This document shows positions 7,575 through 14,212 of a stretch of 19,162 nt of DNA, in pieces. This DNA comes from Candidatus Micrarchaeia archaeon (GTDB taxonomy: Archaea; Micrarchaeota; Micrarchaeia; Micrarchaeales; CABMGC01), in NCBI GenBank assembly GCA_049966395.1, contig JBMFUT010000015.1, positions 1-19,162 of the forward strand. Direction: 5' to 3'. The notes under the pieces were generated by a model, which was not told where the DNA came from, did no database searches, and saw nothing but the letters and a program-made list of their open reading frames with translations. The number at the start of each line of letters is the position of its first letter. The first letter of the stretch is position 1. A program made the position numbers and the translations under genes.

Positions 7575-8251
7575 TGAAATATTCATTCAACATACAAAAG
7601 GAAGGAATTGTTCTTGCGCAGCGCTACGATATAGACGCAAGCTACAAGGACATGGGCGCGGTGTGCGACGCTATAAGATACCTGAAGGCGAATTACGCGC
7701 TCTCTCTCATAGACGACATAATAAACAAAGGCAGGCCCATACCTTACAGGAAGCACAACAAAGGCATGGGCTCAAGATCCGAACTTGGAGGCATGAAGGG
7801 CGCCTATCCTATAAAGGCCGCTAAAGAGGTAAGGAGGGTTCTTGTAAACGCCATTGCTAACGCAAACAGCAGGGGAATGCCTGGAGAGGAGATGTATGTT
7901 GTTCACGCCTTGGCCAACAAGACGAGAATAGAAAGGAGGCAGCCTTCGAGAGGCACGATTGCTTACGGAAGGGGAATGTACGGAAGGTCAGCACTGGCTT
8001 ATAGCGATTTGGAATACGCAAAAGTTGAGATAGGCCTTGCTGATGGAAGCGAAAAATGGCTTACGCATAACATGAAATATTTCATAAGGAAGCTGAACGC
8101 CAAGCGCGAGGCAGAGGAAGAAAAGGCAATTGAAGGCAAGCCGCGCAAGGGCAAGGCCACGCAGACCAAGCCAGCGAAAAGCGAGCCGCAGAATGTTGCC
8201 AAAAATGCCGAGGGCGCCACTGCTCAGCATGCCGAGAAGGTAGTCAAATGA
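7574..8251 (+). CDS. rpl22: 50S ribosomal protein uL22 with beta-hairpin insertion and C-terminal extension
   Basis: SYKDMGAVCDAIR, PIPYRKHNK, GAYPIKAA, NAIANA; lies between rps19 and rps3; TAATG overlap with rps19. Confidence 0.95.
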   Translation: MKYSFNIQKEGIVLAQRYDIDASYKDMGAVCDAIRYLKANYALSLIDDIINKGRPIPYRKHNKGMGSRSELGGMKGAYPIKAAKEVRRVLVNAIANANSRGMPGEEMYVVHALANKTRIERRQPSRGTIAYGRGMYGRSALAYSDLEYAKVEIGLADGSEKWLTHNMKYFIRKLNAKREAEEEKAIEGKPRKGKATQTKPAKSEPQNVAKNAEGATAQHAEKVVK

Positions 8252-8874
8252 CCGTAGAGAGAAAATTCATAGAGGATTCAACGATAAAGCTCAGGGTTTC
8301 AAAGTATCTAGAGAAGGCGCTGAGCAAGGCTGGCTTTTCTAGGGTAGAAATACAGAAGACGCCTATGCTTACAAGGATAACTGTTTACGTTACAAATCCA
8401 GGAAGGGTAATAGGAAGGGGAGGAGAAACCATAAACAGCCTTACTGATACGATAAAAACCAAGTTCCGCATAGACAATCCGCAGATAAGCGTGGCTGAAG
8501 TCACGAATCCTAAGCTAGAGCCCAGGCTCGTGGCCAGGTATGTCGCGCAATCATTGGAAAGAGGCGCCAACGCCAGAAGGCTGCTTCACATGGTCCTTAG
8601 AGATGTAATAACAAATGGCGCCCTGGGAGCGGAAATCATTGCTTCCGGAAAGCTTGCGGCAAAAGGCGCAAAGGCCAGGACAATAAAGGTGAGGCATGGC
8701 TATCTGCCAAAGGCTGGAGGAGTCACAAGCCTTGTGGACGAAGCGAAAATTGCGGCTTATCCGAGGTACGGCGCAATAGGCATAACAGTAAGAATAGTAC
8801 AGCCAGGAACCGTCTTCCCAGACAGGAAGATAAAGGAGATTGCGCTGCCTAAGAACATAGCTGCGGCAACATAG
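8248..8874 (+). CDS. rps3: 30S ribosomal protein uS3
   Basis: ERKFI, AGFSRVEIQKTP, KH motif PGRVIGRGG, GALGAEIIASGKL, GAIGITVRI. Confidence 0.98.
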   Translation: MTVERKFIEDSTIKLRVSKYLEKALSKAGFSRVEIQKTPMLTRITVYVTNPGRVIGRGGETINSLTDTIKTKFRIDNPQISVAEVTNPKLEPRLVARYVAQSLERGANARRLLHMVLRDVITNGALGAEIIASGKLAAKGAKARTIKVRHGYLPKAGGVTSLVDEAKIAAYPRYGAIGITVRIVQPGTVFPDRKIKEIALPKNIAAAT

Positions 8875-8901
8875 ATATTTATATGAGAATGGTGATATTT
8901 T

Positions 8902-9099
8902 ATGCACATGAAGGATTTGAATGCGCTTTCTAACGAGTCTCTCATAGCCAAGCTCAATGAAATCAGGCTAGACCTCGCGATAGAGAAGAGGAAGGTAGTT
9001 TCAACAGGTGTCGCGAGCAAAAAAGTTAAGACAAGAGAGATGAAGAGAACAATTGCGCAGATACAAACACTCCTAAAACAGAGAGGTGCCAAGTACTAA
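8902..9099 (+). CDS. rpl29: 50S ribosomal protein uL29
   Basis: 65 aa, KDLNALS...KLNEIRLDL...REMKRTIAQIQTLL; SD GGTGA upstream; follows rps3. Confidence 0.93.
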   Translation: MHMKDLNALSNESLIAKLNEIRLDLAIEKRKVVSTGVASKKVKTREMKRTIAQIQTLLKQRGAKY

Positions 9100-9404
9100 T
9101 GTCTGAAATTTGCCCCAGATGCGGTTTGCCTAAGGAACTCTGCGTATGCGACGTGCTTGACAGAGAGGCATCAAAGAAAATAAAGATATATACTGCTAAG
9201 AGGAAATTCAACAAGTTTGTCACAGTGGTAGAGGGCATGGCAGGCGACGAGCTTGAGAAGACGGCAAAGGAGCTCAAGCGCATACTCGCGTGTGGTGGCA
9301 CTTACAAGGACGGTTTCATAGAGCTGCAGGGGAGCCACAAGGAAGAGGTAAAAAAGGCACTGCTTGGGCTTGGATATTCTGAAGATAGCATAGACGTCGC
9401 TTGA
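9099..9404 (+). CDS. sui1: Translation initiation factor aIF1 / SUI1 homolog
   Basis: ICPRCGLPKELCVC N-terminal Zn-finger-like motif, KELKRILACGGTYKDGFIELQGSH; follows rpl29 as in other archaea. Confidence 0.96.
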   Translation: MSEICPRCGLPKELCVCDVLDREASKKIKIYTAKRKFNKFVTVVEGMAGDELEKTAKELKRILACGGTYKDGFIELQGSHKEEVKKALLGLGYSEDSIDVA

Positions 9405-9528
9405 AAGCAGCTATTCCTTTGGAATTGCAACAAAAATCAAAAAATTACCTTTTTTATTTACTTTTCAAAAGGTGACACAAAAAAGCAGCTAAGTCATCTA
9501 TATAATTGTCCATGCCGAAATCACTTTT

Positions 9529-9641
9529 GGATGCGGCACAGGGCGATGGCTTATACTAGTTCGTCACAAAGGCGCAATTTGTAAGACATCCACTCTCCAC
9601 CAATGTGCCTTTTGCTTGCCACACGCTGCCTGCGCCCATCC
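9529..9641 (+). ncRNA. Candidate structured non-coding RNA (rod-like hairpin, ~113 nt); strand uncertain
   Basis: Nested pairings GGATG/CATCC, GGCACAGG/CCTGCGCC (one mismatch), GCG/CGC, TGGC/GCCA and AAAGGCGCA/TGTGCCTTT. GC-richer than its flanks, TATATAA at 9499-9505 (~24 nt upstream) and a T-tract at 9650-9656. No family recognised. Confidence 0.35.
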
Positions 9642-9711
9642 TCAAACTGTTTTATTGGCTGCAATTAGACAGCACAGCTTCTTTGCAATCTATTTTGGAA
9701 TGCAAAGCCCG

Positions 9712-9729
9712 CACAAAAAGGTTAAAAAG
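9712..9729 (+). promoter_or_regulatory. Putative BRE/TATA promoter of the membrane protein-pheS-pheT operon
   Basis: CACAAAAAG-GTTAAAAAG, with the TATA-like part ~29 nt upstream of ATG 9757. Confidence 0.4.
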
Positions 9730-9756
9730 ATGCACAGCATAACTAATACTGGTTAG

Positions 9757-10527
9757 ATGAGGAGTGCGTTGATTGTTTCGCTCATCGTGCTGCTTGCGCT
9801 TGCTGTGCAGCCAGCGCATGCCTATTTCAACATGACATACTTAAATGTCACAGTGGTTCCGCAGCTCAATGGGAGCGCGTACGTTACCGAGACTTACTAT
9901 CTTTACATAACAGGGCCTTCAGTTTACCAGTACAATTCCTACAGACAGGCAATAAATTTCACCATAAGCAGCTGGCAGCAAGCGCTTGGAGTAAGCGGTC
10001 TCACTGAGCACATAATAAACCCGTCAAGCAGCCTATATGACTTCAAGTTCCTTCCTGGGCCCCCACAGTATTCAGGCACCACTGCAACTGCTGAGATTCT
10101 TATGAGCTACTATGTCAACAATGTCACCTCAATAAACGAGACAGCACCAAGGCGCTTCGAGTATTCTTTTAACAGCTATGTTTTCAACTTTGCGCACACC
10201 GCAAGCGGCACGGCCTTGCCAGCAAACACGAGACTCAACATAATAATACCCAAAGAGGCAAAGGTCGTTTCTGTATATCCTTTGCCGGACTATCCATCGA
10301 CCGGGTTCATAGGCAACTACACTGGCAAGACGGAGTTCTCTTGGTACAGTCAGGAGCCGCTGTCAAAGTTCGTTTTCATTTATATAGTGCCGCAGTCTCT
10401 CGGTGACGAGGTGCTGAGCTACTTTTCCAACCTTTACAATAGGTATTCTGTGCTTCTTTACGTGCTGCTTGCAATACTCGTAGTGGGGGTTGTTGCCTAC
10501 CTCTACTTTAAGGTAGTGAGGGTGTAA
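9757..10527 (+). CDS. Hypothetical secreted, C-terminally membrane-anchored glycoprotein
   Basis: Sec signal peptide MRSALIVSLIVLLALAVQPAHA|Y, seven N-X-S/T sequons, beta-rich ectodomain, C-terminal TM helix VLLYVLLAILVVGVVAYLYF plus KVVRV. Confidence 0.85.
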   Translation: MRSALIVSLIVLLALAVQPAHAYFNMTYLNVTVVPQLNGSAYVTETYYLYITGPSVYQYNSYRQAINFTISSWQQALGVSGLTEHIINPSSSLYDFKFLPGPPQYSGTTATAEILMSYYVNNVTSINETAPRRFEYSFNSYVFNFAHTASGTALPANTRLNIIIPKEAKVVSVYPLPDYPSTGFIGNYTGKTEFSWYSQEPLSKFVFIYIVPQSLGDEVLSYFSNLYNRYSVLLYVLLAILVVGVVAYLYFKVVRV

Positions 10528-10530
10528 TAG

Positions 10531-11994
10531 GTGCACAAATACGAAGTATTGCTGCTAAAAGAGCTTGCGAAAGGCAGTGCGCACAGCGTCGGCGAGCTTG
10601 CGTCGAGGGTCAAAATAAGCAAGGACTCGGCGCTGTGGGCGCTAGAAAGCCTGTCTAAACAAAAGTATGTTGAAATAGAGAGGAAGAGCGCAGAGAGCGC
10701 GGTCGTCACGGAAGAAGGCTTGTCATATTCAGACAAGGGAATGCCTGAAGAGCTGCTGCTTGAGCGCTTGGCAGAAGGGCATGCGCCAGCGAGCGAACTT
10801 AGGTCCAAAGAGGAAAGGATAGGAATGCAGTGGGCTAAGAGCAAAGGCTGGATAACCATAGAAAAGGGCATTGTAGCAATTACTGATGCTGGCATCGCTA
10901 TGCTTGGGAAGAGGTCGATAGAATCGAAGATCCTTTCAGAGCTCAAGGAGAATCCAGAAAATTACGCTGCATTAAGGGAGAAGTTTCCTAAGGAAATGGA
11001 AGAGCTCGCCAAGAGAAAGCTCTTAGAAGCCAAGAAAGCTGAAGTGATAACGCGCATAGAGATTACAGATATCGGAAGGAAAGCGGCAGAGAGCTCGGAA
11101 ATTGAAGATGAAATAGGAAGCGTGACAAGAAAGATGATAATAGAAAGAGGGTGGGAAGGAAAGAGTTTCAAGAGTTATGACGCCAGCATTGAAGTCGAAA
11201 GGGCAGCAATATCGAAGAGGCACCCGCTCAAGGGCATCATAGACAAGATAAAGGAGGCCTATGTTGGCATGGGCTTCAGGGAGGTAAGGGGGCCTGTGAT
11301 AGAGCCTGCGTTCTGGGTGTTCGACTTTCTTTTTGTTCCGCAGGACCACCCAGCAAGGGACAAGCAGGACACATTCTACCTTTCTGAACCTGAAACTATA
11401 GAAATAGAAGACAGGGAGCTGATAGAAAGAGTAAGGAAGGTGCACACTGCCTCTTGGAAAATAGACTGGAGCGAGAAAGTGGCAAGCAAAGCCGTACTCA
11501 GGACTCACACTACAAGCGTATCTGCGCACCAGATATATCAGATAGTCAATGATGGCAAATATTCTTTTCCTCTGAAGCTGTTTTCAGTCGGGAGGGTTTT
11601 CAGGAACGAAAATATAGACTACAAACACTCCACTGACTTTTACCAGACCGACGGGATAATTGTAGGGAAAAAGCTTACCCTTGCAAACCTTTTTGATACA
11701 ATAACAGGCATTTACGCTGCGCTTGGCATAAAGGTTAAATTCAAGCCTTCATATTTCCCGTTCGTGGAGCCTGGGGTTGAGGTAGACATATTTTACGAGC
11801 CAAAGAAGGAGTGGCTTGAATTGGGAGGCGCAGGCATAATCAGAAAAGAGATAATAGGAAACAGGGACCTTGACGTGCTTGCATGGGGCCTTGGCGTAGA
11901 GAGGATACTTCTTGCCAAGGATCCTTCTATAAACTCTATAATGGAGCTTTACGGGAGCAGCGCCGGATGGCTGAGGAATAGGAGAGTGATATAG
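10531..11994 (+). CDS. pheS: Phenylalanine--tRNA ligase alpha subunit (archaeal/eukaryal long form)
   Basis: FDFLFVPQDHPARDKQDTFYL, LRTHTT, GRVFRNE (motif 2), YFPFVEP, WLELGGAG, AWGLGVER (motif 3); GTG start. Confidence 0.98.
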   Translation: MHKYEVLLLKELAKGSAHSVGELASRVKISKDSALWALESLSKQKYVEIERKSAESAVVTEEGLSYSDKGMPEELLLERLAEGHAPASELRSKEERIGMQWAKSKGWITIEKGIVAITDAGIAMLGKRSIESKILSELKENPENYAALREKFPKEMEELAKRKLLEAKKAEVITRIEITDIGRKAAESSEIEDEIGSVTRKMIIERGWEGKSFKSYDASIEVERAAISKRHPLKGIIDKIKEAYVGMGFREVRGPVIEPAFWVFDFLFVPQDHPARDKQDTFYLSEPETIEIEDRELIERVRKVHTASWKIDWSEKVASKAVLRTHTTSVSAHQIYQIVNDGKYSFPLKLFSVGRVFRNENIDYKHSTDFYQTDGIIVGKKLTLANLFDTITGIYAALGIKVKFKPSYFPFVEPGVEVDIFYEPKKEWLELGGAGIIRKEIIGNRDLDVLAWGLGVERILLAKDPSINSIMELYGSSAGWLRNRRVI

Positions 11995-13625
11995 TGCCAA
12001 ACGTCGTTTTCGATAAGGACTACATTTACAAGCTCGTCGGGAAGAAGTTGACTGATGAAAGGCTTGCTGATCAGATAATGAAGATGGGGCTAGGCGTAGA
12101 AGCTAACGACGAAAAGTCCATAACAATAGAGGTCGACGCTAACAGGCCTGACCTTCTCGATCCTGTAGGCTTTACAAGGGCACTTAGAAACTTCATGCAC
12201 ATCAATAATAGTTTTAGGTACAAAGTGGAGAATGAAATCGCAGCAGAAGTGCACGTAGGAAAAGAAGCCGCCAAAGTCAGGCCTTACATATCCGCGCTTG
12301 TTGCAAAAGGGCTCAAGCTAGACGAGGAATCCCTCAGGCACCTGATAAACTTTACAGAAAAATTCTGCGACACTTTTGGAAGGGAAAGAAAGAAAATTGC
12401 AATAGGGCTTCACGATTTCAGCAAAGTAAAGCCACCTATTTACTATGACGCATTCCCCGACGAAGAATATGTCGCATTGGGAGGAGAAAGATTGAGATAT
12501 TCGCAGGTGCTGCAGAAGCACGAAAAGGGAATTAAGTACGGCAGCGTCATAGGCGCGGTGAAGGTTTTCCCGGCGATAAAGGACTCTGATGGCACTATGG
12601 CGCTCATACCAATTCTCAACTCAGAGCGCACTAGGATTACGGAAAAAACTAGCGATATATTCGTCGATATAACAGGGACTGAGAAATACTTCATAGGCAA
12701 GACTGCCGATCTCCTCGCTGCAATGTTCATAGACATGGGCGCCAAGGTATATCCAGTCAAGGTATATTATACAAAGAAGAAAGCGGTGGTTACGCCAGAG
12801 ATGGCAAAGAGGATCATCAGCGTGCCTCTGATAAACATGGAGCTGCAGATAGGGACTGCAATAGGATTCAACAACGTGATATCGCTTGCAAACAAAATGG
12901 GATACGAGGCCGCGTTAGTAGGAAGGAAGGTGCGCTTCTACGTGCCGCCGTACAGGCTCGATATATTAAACGAGCAAGACATAACTGAAGACATTGCCAT
13001 AGCCTACGGCTACGAGTACATAAAGCCTATACCGCTGTATTCCATACACCCTGGCGGCGTAGACCAGCTGACGCAACTTGAAAGGAAAATAGCTGCAATA
13101 ATGACAGGCATGGGCTTCGACGAAAATTCCAACCACTATCTAACAAACGAGAAAGTTAACTATGACTTGATGAGGCTTCCTGTCGACAGGGAAAGGGTAA
13201 GGATAAAAAATGCAAAGAGCATATCTATCACAATGGCAAGGACCTCTGTCCTCCCTTCGCTTCTGCAAAACTTAGGCAGTTCTTCTAATGATTCGATGCC
13301 GCAGAAGCTCTTCGAGTTTGACATAGTATTCTCAATTAGCAAAAGGAAACCTGTAGAAAGGTACAACCTCGGCGCCGTAATGGCGGCTCCTAAGGCCAAC
13401 TTCAACGACATAAAGGCAATAGCTGAAGCTGTGCTTCACGAACTTTACGGCAATTATTCTATAGAGCCATTCTCTTCAGGCAGCTTTATTGATGGCAGAT
13501 GCGCAAAAATAGTAGTTGAAGGCAAACAGATAGGAGTATTGGGAGAGATTCATCCAGAAGTGCTAGGCAACTTCGGAGTATATGAGTCAACGTTCGCATT
13601 TGAAATAGATGTTTTAGGTATGTAA
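11994..13625 (+). CDS. pheT: Phenylalanine--tRNA ligase beta subunit
   Basis: NRPDLL, VRPYI, GRERKKIAIGLHD, VPPYRLDILNEQDITEDIAIAYGY, RTSVLPSLL, GEIHPEVL; GTG start overlaps the pheS stop (TAGTG). Confidence 0.98.
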   Translation: MPNVVFDKDYIYKLVGKKLTDERLADQIMKMGLGVEANDEKSITIEVDANRPDLLDPVGFTRALRNFMHINNSFRYKVENEIAAEVHVGKEAAKVRPYISALVAKGLKLDEESLRHLINFTEKFCDTFGRERKKIAIGLHDFSKVKPPIYYDAFPDEEYVALGGERLRYSQVLQKHEKGIKYGSVIGAVKVFPAIKDSDGTMALIPILNSERTRITEKTSDIFVDITGTEKYFIGKTADLLAAMFIDMGAKVYPVKVYYTKKKAVVTPEMAKRIISVPLINMELQIGTAIGFNNVISLANKMGYEAALVGRKVRFYVPPYRLDILNEQDITEDIAIAYGYEYIKPIPLYSIHPGGVDQLTQLERKIAAIMTGMGFDENSNHYLTNEKVNYDLMRLPVDRERVRIKNAKSISITMARTSVLPSLLQNLGSSSNDSMPQKLFEFDIVFSISKRKPVERYNLGAVMAAPKANFNDIKAIAEAVLHELYGNYSIEPFSSGSFIDGRCAKIVVEGKQIGVLGEIHPEVLGNFGVYESTFAFEIDVLGM

Positions 13626-14126
13626 ATGCCCGCTATAGAAGTAAAGAAGCCTGCAATAGCTGAAACGGGTAGCACATTATACGCTTTTCTTCACAACGGC
13701 TCGCCAATGCTTGTTGAAATTGGCAGCGAAGGAATGGCATATTCTAAGGTTTTTGCAGGCAACGGAATGCTGTTTAACGCTGGAGTTGCGTATTCTGGAG
13801 ACGAGGAGTTGCATGACAAAGTTTGTCTGCTGCAGCAAGAGGACAAGGGCAAGATAGTGAACATTGACAGGCTTGTAATACACGATGCAGCGCTGCTGGC
13901 GTATGTCAAAGAGGAGATTCGCATCGTGTTTGCGGAGGGCAAAAATATATACGAGTCTGGGTTTTCTACGATGTTTGAAAAACCAGAGCTTGTGCTCTTT
14001 GACAATAGGTATGCAACATCTAGAAATATCAGGCTTGAAAGCAGCATCATACTGCACGTAGACCCCACAATGAAAGACGCATACAATGAAGAGATTAAAA
14101 AGCTGGCCAGACATTTTTTTAAATAG
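13626..14126 (+). CDS. Hypothetical protein (166 aa)
   Basis: ATG immediately follows the pheT stop codon; same strand, fills the gap to glyA, globular composition; no motif recognised. Confidence 0.7.
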   Translation: MPAIEVKKPAIAETGSTLYAFLHNGSPMLVEIGSEGMAYSKVFAGNGMLFNAGVAYSGDEELHDKVCLLQQEDKGKIVNIDRLVIHDAALLAYVKEEIRIVFAEGKNIYESGFSTMFEKPELVLFDNRYATSRNIRLESSIILHVDPTMKDAYNEEIKKLARHFFK

Positions 14127-14130
14127 CCTC

Positions 14131-14171
14131 TTTTGGCGCAGGCAGGACTGCCGTTCTGATTGCCTCCAAAA
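14131..14171 (+). terminator. Possible terminator-like hairpin ending the pheST operon
   Basis: TTTTGG/CCAAAA and AGGCAG/TTGCCT stems immediately after the stop at 14126 and before the glyA TATA box. Confidence 0.3.
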
Positions 14172-14183
14172 ATTCTTTTATAA
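14166..14183 (+). promoter_or_regulatory. Putative BRE/TATA promoter of glyA
   Basis: CCAAAAA followed by TTTTATAA (14176-14183), ~30 nt upstream of ATG 14213. Confidence 0.5.
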
Positions 14184-14212
14184 CTTGCCCTGCAATTAGT
14201 CTAGGTAATTTA

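Noticed and set aside
9413..9425. ATTCCTTTGGAAT palindrome as an ORB (replication origin) element
   Set aside because: It resembles the TTCC-N3-GGAA core but has no G-string, only one good copy and no adjacent orc1/cdc6.
9556..9639. 27-codon minus-strand ORF (MGAGSVWQAKGTLVESGCLTNCAFVTN) inside the hairpin
   Set aside because: Very short, no properly spaced SD, not hydrophobic like a type I toxin; no evidence of coding.
9529..9641. Hairpin as 5S rRNA, SRP RNA, RNase P RNA, or an H/ACA or C/D guide
   Set aside because: No 5S loop C (CCGAAC), no SRP helix 8 motif with GNRA loop, no RNase P GAGGAAAGUCC, and no convincing K-turn or paired C/D boxes on either strand.
14127..14212. THF, ZTP or glycine riboswitch upstream of glyA
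   Set aside because: The consensus motifs are absent, and the hairpin lies upstream of the probable TATA box, so it would not be in the glyA leader.
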